Assembly: GCF_009914755.1 (NCBI RefSeq) | Contig: NC_060931.1 | Source of the DNA: the human T2T-CHM13v2.0 reference genome, Homo sapiens | DNA length: 64,000 nt | Strand: one strand, 5' to 3' | Part shown: positions 13,491-26,609 of the stretch, one piece after another | Layout of the letters: each line of letters starts with the position of its first letter | How positions within the stretch are numbered: the first letter of the stretch is position 1 | Translations under genes and position numbers: made by a program | The notes under the pieces: generated by a model | Seen by the model: only the letters and a program-made list of their open reading frames with translations | Database searches by the model: none | What the model was told of the DNA's origin: nothing

Positions 13491-15999
13491 TTTTAGTTTA
13501 ATTGAATTGGCTTAAATTAAACTCTCATTCAAGTATATTTTATACTTGAATTTCAGGACTATATTCGTTTATAGAAACAAAGTGTACTAAATGTAAAACT
13601 TCTTTATCAAATGGATATATACTATAAAATAACTTTCAAACTTAATTTGTGTAGAATTTGTACTTGGATTTAGGGATGTATGAGCCAATATTACGTTTAA
13701 TTCTTTAGTGGTTGAGAAAATTTTAATACATTTCTTGGGGAATCTATACGCATGTACATACACAACAGATTTTGTGATAATTCTGTACAACTATCTACTG
13801 CTCTACTTTTCTCATTGTTCCCAAATACTGAAAAATTCAGAACATTATATTTTCTTTGAAATGAATAGATTATTTATCAAAGAAATTACACTATTAATCT
13901 TAGAGTTTCTATAGTGATTCAAACATCATTTACATTTATTTCATTTATATTTATTTACATTTATATTTACATATACTTCAAGAGAGTTTTCTTTTGAAAT
14001 ATATGTTTTTCAGAATCTAAACAATTTTTGTCCTTGAAAAAATTTGTTGTTGTTGTTTTGAAATAATGTTTTTGTTTCATTTAGGCCTAAATGTAAGGAG
14101 ATAAATTGCTACAAACGCTAATGGTCTTTTTTATGATGTGAATACCTGTCCGTGTGATTGAGACCACCAACCAATTTCCTATAAACCATCAAGCAACATC
14201 ATGTGTTAACAATTTTCGGTTGCTTTTAATCTGGTTTGGATTCAAAATGGTAAAACAGAGGTGAAAGGTCGGATTTAAAAAAAAAGAAGAAGAAATTCTC
14301 CTGGGCTAGCCAGCCTTTTGAATTTTCTGAATTTAAGTTAATTATATCATTAGAATTTAATGAAATTATCAACATGTTCACCTTCATTTCACAGTAACAC
14401 TTCCCTGTTCAGATTAGAATCAATCTTTTAATGTTTATCTAGGTGTTGATAAAGAGAACTACAGAGCACCTAGTGCTTTTTTAAGACACTTCATTATTAG
14501 ATTTTGAAGTGAGACCATAATTTAAGATTTGGTGAGGGAAATGTTTTTTTTAATGGTAAATGAACAATATTTTTGTTATGTTCTTTTGGAATTTGCATTT
14601 AAAATTTACTCACTGGTTAAATATTCATCTCAATGCTGCAGTGTTAATTTTTGACCTGAGTGTTATTATATTTTTATCACGCTTATTTGTAAAATTAAGA
14701 AAATATTTAATATTAAGTAGTTTAATAAAATGACTATTTCTTTTAACCAATATAAATATAAGATAAATATGTCTTCTAAACTTTCATATATGGATAACCT
14801 TTTGAACTTAGATTCCAAAAAGTGAGGATAAATTTATAACTATATTACAGGTTTCATACTTCACATATTATTAGTGTTTTTAGATTATCTTACCAAAATA
14901 GATGATTCTGTGAAGGGCTTAATGGCTCCAGCTTAACTTTATGAACTTAGTCACTTTTAAAAAAAAAATTTAAAAATTTTTAGTCACATTTTTATTATTG
15001 TATGTTGCTTTCTCTTGTCATTTTAAAATTTATTTATTAAATAACAGAAAAGTTTAGATAAATATTAATGGAATGTGACATAAAAGTGATCAAGATGAAA
15101 GATAACAGTATTTGTAACATTTGTTTATTTTTCAGATGATACTAAATGAAGTAATTAATTACAGGGATATAAATTTCAAAAAAAATATTAAATAGGCTCT
15201 TGGATTTTTTACAATCTATTTAATAACAGTAATGAAATATGAACACTTTTTAAAAATTTTAAATGGCAATTTGATAAAAAATGCATTGGTAAAGAGACTA
15301 TACAAATCAGAATACACCTCAAAAGAAGGACAACCATAAGTATTTCATGATTTAATAAAAATATAAGTTGAAATACTTAAATCTTAAAATTAAAAACAAC
15401 TTATAATCAACTATGATCAATTGTGATCATTCTCTTCTACTAAGATGATAAAGGTGACCTTTATAGGTTTTACAGCTGTTAAATATTTGTATGTTTGGCA
15501 TTTTTTTTCTCTTCAAAAAATCCTTTAACACCCAAAGTTGTATTTATAATTTTATCCTCGCTTTATCTTAAAGAGGATAAAAACATTTTTTAAGCTTCGG
15601 GCTCCACAAAACTTAGATCATCTCCTTTGTTCAAAGTAATACTGGTTAAGAAATATTTAAAATTCACTCAGATGACGAATGGTTTAAATTTCTAAACAAG
15701 AAGGAATTACAATCACTTTGGCTTTGTTTTACATTCTTCCTCCCCTTCCATTTTCATCTCTGCGCAGTGCTAAGCTGTCTAATGCAAAGCCTTCTCTAAC
15801 TGTGCAATCAGAAAAAGGTTTGCATATGTGGAATGAGAAAGTTCATAAATACCAACAAAATGTCTCAGCCCAATTTCTGAGACAAGAGATTCTTATGATA
15901 GTCATTATTTCCTATTTATTTTATTCCTTCAATGACACATTGTTTATCAATATAACTAACTTGAAACACAATTTCAACTCTGCCAACTGACTTTTGCTT

Positions 16000-16340
16000 T
16001 GGAAGATAAATTAATCTGTAATTAACAGAAAATCCAAAATAAGTGTGGCTTAAGCAATAGAAAAGTTTATAACATTCTGAATTAATTGTAAGCAGTCTAA
16101 CACTGGTCTTGAAGCCCCACATTATCAGGAATGCCAGCTCTTTCTCCTTTTATGATCTGTTGATCACAATATACAGTTTCTACATCATTTTCTAAGGCAG
16201 CTCCTCAAGTAAATGCCTGAAGTAAGAAAAAACATGGTAGTAACAGATTCCTCCTTTAAGACACTTCCCGGATATTCCACAAGGCACTTCTACTTATAGG
16301 TCATTGGTCAGAATCGTGTTACATGGAAAATGAATTATTT
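16000..16340 (-). mobile_element. Old MaLR LTR (MLT1J/K-like)
   Basis: aacagaaaatccaaaataagtgtggcttaagcaatagaaaagtttat...cacttctacttataggtcattggtcagaa. Confidence 0.6.
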
Positions 16341-17109
16341 ATCCTGAGTGTCCCAGGGCATAGCTAACCTCCAGCGGTTATATAAGATGTCCATGCCGTA
16401 TAAACTACGTTATGTTTGTAACTACCGTTTTCCAGTTCATTATCTTTATTGTGGCTATCTAATAATTTGAAAGTACCATGCTCAATTCTTGTTACTGCAC
16501 AGTTTCCATTTGTATAGAAATGAATAAATTATTGGTGTCATTCACAGCCACTATTTTTAGTTGTCATTCTTAGAGAGTATAATTTAAGATAGGAAGTTTG
16601 TAGTTCTTTTTAACTTTTTTCCCTTAAGGCTAATCTTAGGAGATGAGCCTAAGAGTGCACAGTTCTCTTAATGCAAATGTAATATTGTATTGGAATATTA
16701 TGTATCATAATATTCTTATAACTAAAAAGAAATATTATTTCACATCATCTGAAATCCTAAGAAATAAAATAAGAAAATAAATAATGTAATAGAACATCTG
16801 AAAATTAGATATATCAAAAATAAGATAAGTAAGTAAAGGAAGAATACTTAGTTAATGAACTAGGGAAGAAGTAAACCACCAAAGGTGCTTGAAGTTTCAG
16901 ATAATAGCAAGGAAAGCAAAATGGAAGGGGAAAAGGCGAAATGATTATATTCATATTATATTTTTACTAAATGGGAAAAGAATGAAGCCAATAATATAGT
17001 TAAAAAGGGGGAGGAGGTGAATAACTTTAATGGCTAAACAATACATATTCATGAACAACATAGAAGGGGACAGGAAAGTAATGTAATTTTATGCACCAGT
17101 TCTTTATTT

Positions 17110-17500
17110 TAAAAATAGATATGGTAGGCCTACTATATTCCAAGTTGTATTCTAGACTCTGGAAATAAAGGAGTGTATAAGACAAAGTCTGTGACTTCAA
17201 GAGTTTATATTTTAGGAGTGATAAAAGCAATAAAAAATAAACAAATATAAAATTAAGTGCTGTCCGTTAATTATTAGTATGGTGAGGAAAATAAAATAAC
17301 ATAAGGAGACACAGAATGATTTACAGAAGGTAAAATGGCAGGCAATTACAGAAGGTGGAAGGGCAGGGCACAGAGTGGTTTACAGAAAGTGGCAACTATT
17401 TTGCAGTTACAGTCTGAGAATGCCTTTCTGGAGATGTTATATTGGAGCAGAGCAAAATTGTGACAACAAGATTCTTGGAGAAAAATGTTCCAAAGGAAAT
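17110..17500 (-). mobile_element. L2 fragment
   Basis: cctactatattccaagttgtattctagactctgg...gacaaagtctgtgacttcaagagtttatatt. Confidence 0.65.
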
Positions 17501-19069
17501 GTCTCAACTTGCACCCAGGTTCTGAAATTTGAAGACAGATAAGGCTCTAAAAGAATTGCGCTTAGGTTTATTACAGATCTCATCATCCAGGAGTAAACAT
17601 TACTCTGAACATGTTACAAAGGCACAGAATGAGAGGAATAATATGATGTTGCTATCATTTATAAAAGGCTGAAGATTGTGAAGCAAATTATTAACCCTAG
17701 AAACAATGCTGAAATGCACAAAAAATCAACTGATAACTTAGTTTCCTAGATTTTCCTTTTTTAGGTAATTAGCAATGGTACATTTAAATAAAAAAAAGAA
17801 ATGAAACAGGATTAATGTTCTTTGTCATATTTTGAAGGGACTCAATATCCCTCCACCTCTTCCATGTTGAAAAATAATAATAAACCAAATTGCTCCTGTC
17901 CTAGAAAAATAGACATACAACTAAAATAAAATGACATTAATATGTACTTGATGGAATGATACCAATTATTACATGTTACTAGAAAACCACAGAACAGGGG
18001 TTTCTAATTCACCCCAGAGAACGTTCAGTGAAGCCATCAGTGATTAAGTGTTATTTGATCAATGGTGTGTTGCTGCAGTTTTCAGGCAAAATATAAGTAG
18101 CATAACAGAATTAGGAATGAACAAAAGAAACGAGTGGAGAAATATCCAGGTGGGAAATTTTTTGATTAGCTAGCAAGACTTAAGGAACTGGACAAATCAA
18201 TCATGACTCCCAAAATTTGAATGTAGAGCTACTAATTTAGATGGGCCCTACACGACTAGGACAACATAGAGAGGAGGAGATGGGAAATCAGTTAAGCATA
18301 CCACCCAAGGCCTATTCTATTAATGCTGAATTTAATTACCTGGCATAACTAGATCAATAAGGGACCAAGGGGAGAAGAGTTAATTTATATGCCCCATCTC
18401 CTCTGAGTGGCTATTTAGGTTATTAGAAAAGCACATAGTAGGGGTTCCTAACCCCTAGTGTACATCATTTTATATACTAATAGGTTTTGAAGCTATTACT
18501 TCCTTGTATTTCCTCTCTCTTGGTATTTACTCAATGATGATAATTATGATTTCACATGAGACTAAGAAATAATGGGATAATATTATGCTTTTATTCTAAT
18601 AAAAGATATCCAGTGGCAGTTGAATACAGAAATCTGAAAATCAAGGTAAATTTTAGAAATCATCAGCATACGAGTTGGGGTGAAATCATAAAAGTAGATG
18701 AAATAATAGAGAGAATATAAAGAGCAAAAAAGAAATTTAACTTGGGGAAAGGGACTCACAAATAAAATAGAAGGATAAGGCAAATCACATGTATTCAATA
18801 ATTCAATCAATTATATAATCCTGCAGTTCCTAGACAATAAATCAACAATGTCAGATTCTATTTAAGTCAGGCACTTTTAGTTAATGCTTTGGCACGAATT
18901 GTTATGTGGTCATTCCAAGTAAAATTCAAATGCTGTAACTGCTAATATTTTCCTTATAGTAGTGCTTGAGTACTCTGAAAAGCATATTGACACATTTTAA
19001 TTATAAATTAGTAAAAACAATTATGTAAATATTTACTTAAAAGCTCTATCATTGGTTGTATTTACAAGA

Positions 19070-19540
19070 ACACCTTTTGGTTACAAGTCACAAAAACTCA
19101 ATAAATAGTAGAATATGTTGGCTCAGAAACATAAAATTTCAGGGTCATTTAGGTGTAGCTGGATCCAGGAACTCAATAAAATAATCAAATATCAGATAAC
19201 CTGTCTCTTTTTATGCTCTGTCTCTGCTCAATTTTACTATCTAATGGTTTCAATGCTCAAGAGGTTTGTCTCCTGGCCATCAGCAGATATAGTTTGGATT
19301 GTGCTTAACAACTAGCAATGCCAGAGAAAAGTGCGTAGCATCCCCTTCCCAAGATTTATATCAATCTTCGGAAGATAAAGTCACTGAAGCTTTTTCTTTC
19401 ATATGCACCATAAAATTCAGGAAGTGAAGCCAGGTGATTATAGACTCTACCAAGTGAAAGAAAGAGCTGTCCTCCTTAAGGAAAAAGATGCAAAGAAAAG
19501 GACGCCAGGAAGATAAAAACAACAAATATCAACTGCACTA
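19070..19540 (-). mobile_element. Old ERVL/MaLR LTR (LTR33/MLT1-like)
   Basis: ggttacaagtcacaaaaactc...ttggctca...agctggatccaggaactcaa. Confidence 0.55.
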
Positions 19541-20199
19541 CCTAGGCATGTTATAGGTAAAAGGATCAAGAGTCAGTATTTGAAAGATATTGTGATCTAT
19601 CAAAGTATGTATTTTTTTCCATATAAGGAAACATAGTGTTCTTTCACTCCTTACTATGACTGAGAATAGTTCATAGTCCAAATCAAAATAATTAACTATT
19701 ATTATAATGTTTCTTCAGCAGACATACATAGAAATGAATACTTCTAATGAAGGATTTGAATTGCTCTGTTTTGGATTTGTTAACTATTTGTTTAACTTGT
19801 GCTGTCAGAAGCACTATAAATCTATCTTGGATAATTGTATGTGTCTTTTTCTTTTGCTTGATACCCTTAAATGTCACTAGAGACTATCTTTTCTCCATGA
19901 ATGATTAATTTTAAAAAATTATACATTTAGATTGAAAGATGTGGAAATAGCATAAAATATCAGGAAATCCACCCAGGAAGGAAAGCCAAAAATAACACAC
20001 CTGCAAAAGTAAAGAGTATAACAGTAATGCCAATGGAATATCAATTTAAAACATAAATAATTATAATCTTGATTGACTATTTCTAAAGCATTTTTACATA
20101 CGCATATGAAAGCAATGCTAAATTGCATTTTTTTCTGAAAGCTTCTCATCTACGGTTTAAGAAAAGATTTACATATTTTACACAAAAATAAATTTTGCT

Positions 20200-21500
20200 G
20201 CTGCATTCATTAATCATTCAACAGCTATTTGATAGCACCTGTGGCATGCCAATCACTGTTCTCGATTTTGAAGATAGAGAAAAGTACCTACCTTTAGACT
20301 TTGCAAAATTAAGAGTTTAAACAATTATGATTTGGGTATAAGATATAAGGAGAAAAAACAATTGAGAATGACTTCCAGGCCTTTGGCCCTAACACGTTGT
20401 GTGAATAGTGATTCTATTCAGTGAGATGGGGAGGAAAAGAAGATTGGGATGATATGTTGGGGGAGGGCGGTTATGTTTTGGACATAGTTTAACATGCCTA
20501 TTATAGCGCCAAATGAAAGCATGAATTAGACAATTGGATACAGAGGTTTCTGTTCGAGAAAGAAGTTCGGCCTGGAGACAAACATTTGGAAGTAAAAAAT
20601 GGAGAGATGTTAACCAAGGCCATCAGACAAAATGAGATTCTGTAGGGAGAGAAAAAATTAGAGAAGAAAGGGCCAATGATATCCTTGAGGTGCTTGATAA
20701 TTTAGAGCTGTTGAAAAATGCATGAGTCAGCTACAAAGATAAAGAAAGTGATGTAGGAATACAGGGCCAAATAAAGAAAGGATTTCAAGATAGACGCAAT
20801 TGAGTTAACAGTTGCTAAGAAATCAAAAAGGTAAGGACTGAGAACTTGGCAAGATGGTGATTATTAGTAACTTCAATAGGACAAGTTTCAATGTGGTTGT
20901 TGAAATAAAGAAAAAATTAAGTTGAGGAAATATATAAAGGGAGAAGTAATAATTGCTTCAAAGACTGTTGCTATAAAGAGAAGTAGAATAATAGGGTGGC
21001 AACTAGAGAATGAGACAAAGCTTTTAAAACATGGATTGTATTATGATGGGAATTATACAGCAGAGAGTGAAAAACTGATTATATAGGGAAATAAGATGGA
21101 TATTTTAGGGAACAAAGCCCTGAGAAGTTTAATGAATTGTATCTAGCAAAGCTGTGGAGGAATTAGTCTTCAATACAAGAAGTGACATTTCATCCATAAG
21201 TTCAGGAAGGAAGATCTTATGTACAAATATAGACACAAGTGGTTTTGTAGATTTTCTTCCTTCCCATCAGGGATACAATAAGCAAGAGCATTAGCGAGAC
21301 CCAGGGTTGGAGAAAGTTGTTGACAATATGAAGAGAGAGGAAAAGGTGCAAAGTAGTCCAGGAGACTGGAAGAGCAATGCTGGAGCCCATGAAGGGTTAC
21401 ACTATCAGAGAACATGCTGGGAGAATCAGTGTGATGGTACATGATAGGTTTAGACAGCAACCATAGGGCATGATCCTGATCCTATCAAGTAAACAACTGA
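20200..21500 (-). mobile_element. Long L2 remnant
   Basis: cattcattaatcattcaacagctatttgatagcacct terminus followed by purine-rich L2 body (aatgacttccaggc...ttttggacatagtttaacatgccta). Confidence 0.75.
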
Positions 21501-21634
21501 TACTGGGCTGCAGGGCATAGTCTACGTCGTAGGTTAGGGAATATGTTTTTGACTTGATAGGAGTTTGTTGGTAGAAAGTTTTGCAATTTGTAATATGCTG
21601 AAAAAAAGAGCTATAGACAAATAGATATAAAACC

Positions 21635-22020
21635 ATTTAATCTCCACTGGTAAATAAGGAAATGCAAATTACAAAAATCATAAAATACCATTTTATATTT
21701 TGAAATTTGTTAAAAATTAAAATACCATAATATAAAGTCTCACAAGGATTACATTCCCTGCTGGTAGAAACATAGTTATACCCAATCACTTTCAGATCAC
21801 TTTGTCAATATCAAGTAAAGTTGAAGGTGCCCAAATTTATGTGGGAATATATCTTAGAGAGACTCTTGTCAGCTTCATTAACATACACAGGTAATTACAA
21901 TAAAAATAAATGTATATTGGTAGGAAAATGGGACAGTACATTGTGTTACTGTTATAAGTTAGAGTGTTCTGGAGAAATAAAAATGAATGAATGAGCTATA
22001 TGGAACAATATAAAGTGAAA
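21635..22020 (+). mobile_element. Old L1M (L1ME-like) 3' fragment
   Basis: cactggtaaataaggaaatgcaaatt...ataccatttt...aagttgaagg...ggaatatatcttagagagactcttg. Confidence 0.6.
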
Positions 22021-23323
22021 CAAGAAGGAAGATAAATATTTCAGTGCTGGAGAAAGTTGGCTTATAGAATTGTTGGTGGGAAGATAATGATATATCCATC
22101 CTTTTGTTGTCTTAATGAATTGAAAGACGAGAATAGAAGCTTAAATACGATGGAGGAAAGAAGAGAAATTTGGAGACTTAAGAAAAAGGAAAACTGTACA
22201 GTAGTCTTCAGAAAAAGAAATGAAGAAAATTCAATACGGAAATCTAGCAATCATAAGCAGAGTTACAATTACTACAGCTTTCATCATTTCAATAGCAATA
22301 ATCATTTCAGCAATATAGCTGAAATTTATTTGTATCTACAAGGTTATGCTGGGAGACCAGAATGATCTAAAGTTTCCAGGGGCAATTAGCTGAACATTTT
22401 TAAAAAGGGTGGACGTGAGGAGGCTAAATTTACCTGAGCCTTGAAGATGCTTGTGCAATTGCAGATTTCTTAAAGGATGATACAGAATCTTACAGAAGCA
22501 TTTTACCAGGGAGCACCTAATTGGACTTGGCTCACGAGACCATTTTATATATAGGCTCATAAACTTAGTAAAATAATTGTTTATCATAATTAATATTCAT
22601 TTAAAAAGAAGTCGATTTAGCAAAATTCAGTCATGTTAAAAATAACCATTATAAGTACAAGGATCTAGTAATATACTTAACAGCGTTCAGCCATTGAATC
22701 AAAGAGGTTTGAAATACTATTGAACATGTTTCTTGCAAATACAAGTTGTTGTACAGTTCTTGCAATTGTGAGAGGTACTTCAATATAAAATCTCTGGAAT
22801 AAGATGGAATATATTTTCTAAAGCAACTTTAAATTTCAGAGAGATATAAATAACAGTATATCACACAGTAGTTTTTCCAAGTATGTGCTCTTAAATTTAG
22901 TTATTTCCTTTTATTTTATTTCCTGGGAGTAATTTTTAAAGTATAATTGGTTAAGGTTTTAGTCTTCATTATTTCCTAATACTTATCTATATGGAAAAAG
23001 TATTCAAGGTGTCGTTATTTATAGAAGGGATTATTTTGCATTGTATTAACAAGAAAGGATTGGATCCAGCTGAATATTAGTATCTTTCTTCAGTTTCCAG
23101 GAGTGATTTGAATTCCTAGTCTCAGATATAATCTTAAAGAAATTCCTGAAATGGAAACTCTGTTCTGACTATTCCATATTTGGCATCAATTTTATTATTA
23201 AGCTATTAATACAGAGTGCTTCAAACACTCATCTCCAGATTATTTAGTTTAAGCAATTCAAGTGAACTAGAAATATATAAATTTATTTTTCAATGCTTGT
23301 TGGAATGATAATTTGGGGGATAA

Positions 23324-24358
<1,035 letters not shown>

Positions 24359-24534
24359 CAAATATATATATATATATATAATATTAATTGAAAGCATTCA
24401 GCCATTATAATCTTATTTAATAGTATCTTTCAGGCAAGTTAATATGCATCAATGGCACAGATAACTTTTAGACTAATTTGATCATTTACAAAGAACTACC
24501 CTCTTTATGAACAACTTACCTTGAAGAAGAAGGA

Positions 24535-24735
24535 CTGGGGAGCAAACATTTCAGGATTTACAGATCAAATGATCTCTGCATCAAGTACTCAAGTATTCAG
24601 CTCTGTCGTTGTAGTGTGAAGGCAGCCATAGATAATTTGTAAATGAATAGCTGTGACTGTGCTTCAATAAAACTTTATTTACAAGAACAAAGTGCCAGCC
24701 AGATACGGTACCTGGCCGTAGTTTGCTTACTCCTG
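24535..24735 (+). mobile_element. MER58A-like hAT-Charlie DNA transposon
   Basis: ctctgtcgttgtagtgtgaaggcagccataga...caataaaactttatttacaa...gccgtagtttgcttactcctg. Confidence 0.85.
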
Positions 24736-26116
24736 GATTGGATCACTTCTATATAAATAAAATCCATTTACTCAAAGTTATGTATTATTAGCAAATATCT
24801 GGCATATGCCACTAATGAAGTAGAAGAGATTTTCCAAGAAAAAGATTAATAAAATACTGACGTAATAAGATAAATTGTATTGACATAAGAAAAATCGTTT
24901 TTGTATGTAACTTTAAGATAAGATATAAACACAATAGTTGATGCTTTCTTTCTGTTTTCTTCTACTAAACTTTCCCTCTAAACTCTCCAATGTTGCTTTT
25001 AAACACATTCTGTATTGGTCAAATACATTTTTTTAAAGTTTCCAGTAAGTAACAGAGTACATGTTAAAATCCACATCTTTGTATTTCAATTTTGGTTTAT
25101 TATTGTCAAATTTAAACAAAGAGTCATCTGTCTAACTCTTAAAGACAGGAGTTTACAAATACTAACGTTACTGCAAGTGGAGAGCTATTTACCCACTACT
25201 CCAATGGAACTGTCACTCTGCCAGAATGCCTCACGGGTATCTATTAAAACTCCACTACACGGAACATTGAGCCCCTCCAAAGCTCTAAAATTTTCAGGGC
25301 TTCGCAGTGTTTTAATGATGTATCTCTATAAACTCAGATTTTTTTTTCCTGAGTTTGAACTGTTTTATCTCATCTCTCTAAAAATAGATGCAAACCCCAT
25401 TTTAAATGCTGAATTTAACATTTTTAAAAGTTTAATTTACCAGAATGTTTAAGATTCGAAATGAATGATGACATAATTCTGTAGCTTTGTATTTTTCATC
25501 TTATATATTTTCTCTCTTGCTTATTCTATTTCATTCTATTTCACATACATATATACTACATATAGAGTATAGTAATTTTGTTCATTATGCTGTGTAATTT
25601 TCAAACAAATAATTAGAAATAAAATCAATACTAATTTTATGTACTTTACTAATGTCTGTAAGTTAAATTCTGATATATGGACTCCTATAATCTTTTGTAA
25701 TTTGTTATATTGTTAATTGGGTGGTAATTTCAGTTAAATAATTTTTTTCTAGGCTAAATCTATAGTGGATAGAGTAGAAAGAGTATAGAAAAATGTATAA
25801 TCTATAAATGGTTATTAGAGAAAGATTTCTGAAATATAATTTTCTTTTTCAGGTACCACATCCTAATTCTTATGAAAATCCAGATACCATTGATAATCTT
25901 TGCAGTAAGCATGCAAAAATATGTAAACTGCTCTTACCAAAGCAATCTGAAAGCATAATTTTTGTGACAAGAATAATAACTGTGTGAGAAATAAAAGCAT
26001 TAATTTTTCAGTGTTTCCAATTCAGCATTTATTAATTCATTTTCACTCTTTAAACAAAGAAGGCCTAATGGGATAGCATAGTATTAAGATATTAGGAGAC
26101 TTGAGGTGTATACAGT

Positions 26117-26581
26117 TGTTTTATAAGATTTGATTCTTTTGATGGCAGAACAGAACACAATTGCATTCAGGTAGATTAAAGGCAGAGTTCCTTGTTATTT
26201 ATAGCTCCAAACAAGAGAAGGCTGACACTCAAGGCCAGACAAGGAGTTGTACCTAGGGCCAGGGTAGCAGCAAGCTGAAGTTTAGAGGGTAATTTATGTG
26301 GGGCAAGTGGGGTGACACTAGCTAGATGTCAGGATCTCTCTGTGGACTGATTAATTTGACTAACTTCATGGGCTCTGAGCACAGGTGTTGTCCCAGCTAG
26401 CTGGTGCCTGTGCCCTAGGAAATTAAGGTAGGTTTATATGGTCATGGAGTCTGAGAATTCTTAAAAAAGAAGTGTTGGAGGTGTGGACTTAGCTGCTCAA
26501 GAAAAGAAACTGTCAGCTTCTACTTAAGGCCTCAAAACTGGGTAAAGACAGCATTTAAAACAAAAACCAGGCTATGTTACA
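26117..26581 (-). mobile_element. 3' LTR of an ERV-L-class provirus (MER54/MER73/MER74-family-like)
   Basis: Minus strand reads TGTAACATAG...TTATAAAACA, with family motifs (ccagttttgaggcc, taagtccacacc, agggcacaggcaccagctagctgggacaac). Preceded on the minus strand by purine tract AAGACACAAAGAGGTCAAC (26582-26600). Confidence 0.8.
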
Positions 26582-26609
26582 GTTGACCTCTTTGTGTCTT
26601 GACATCAGT

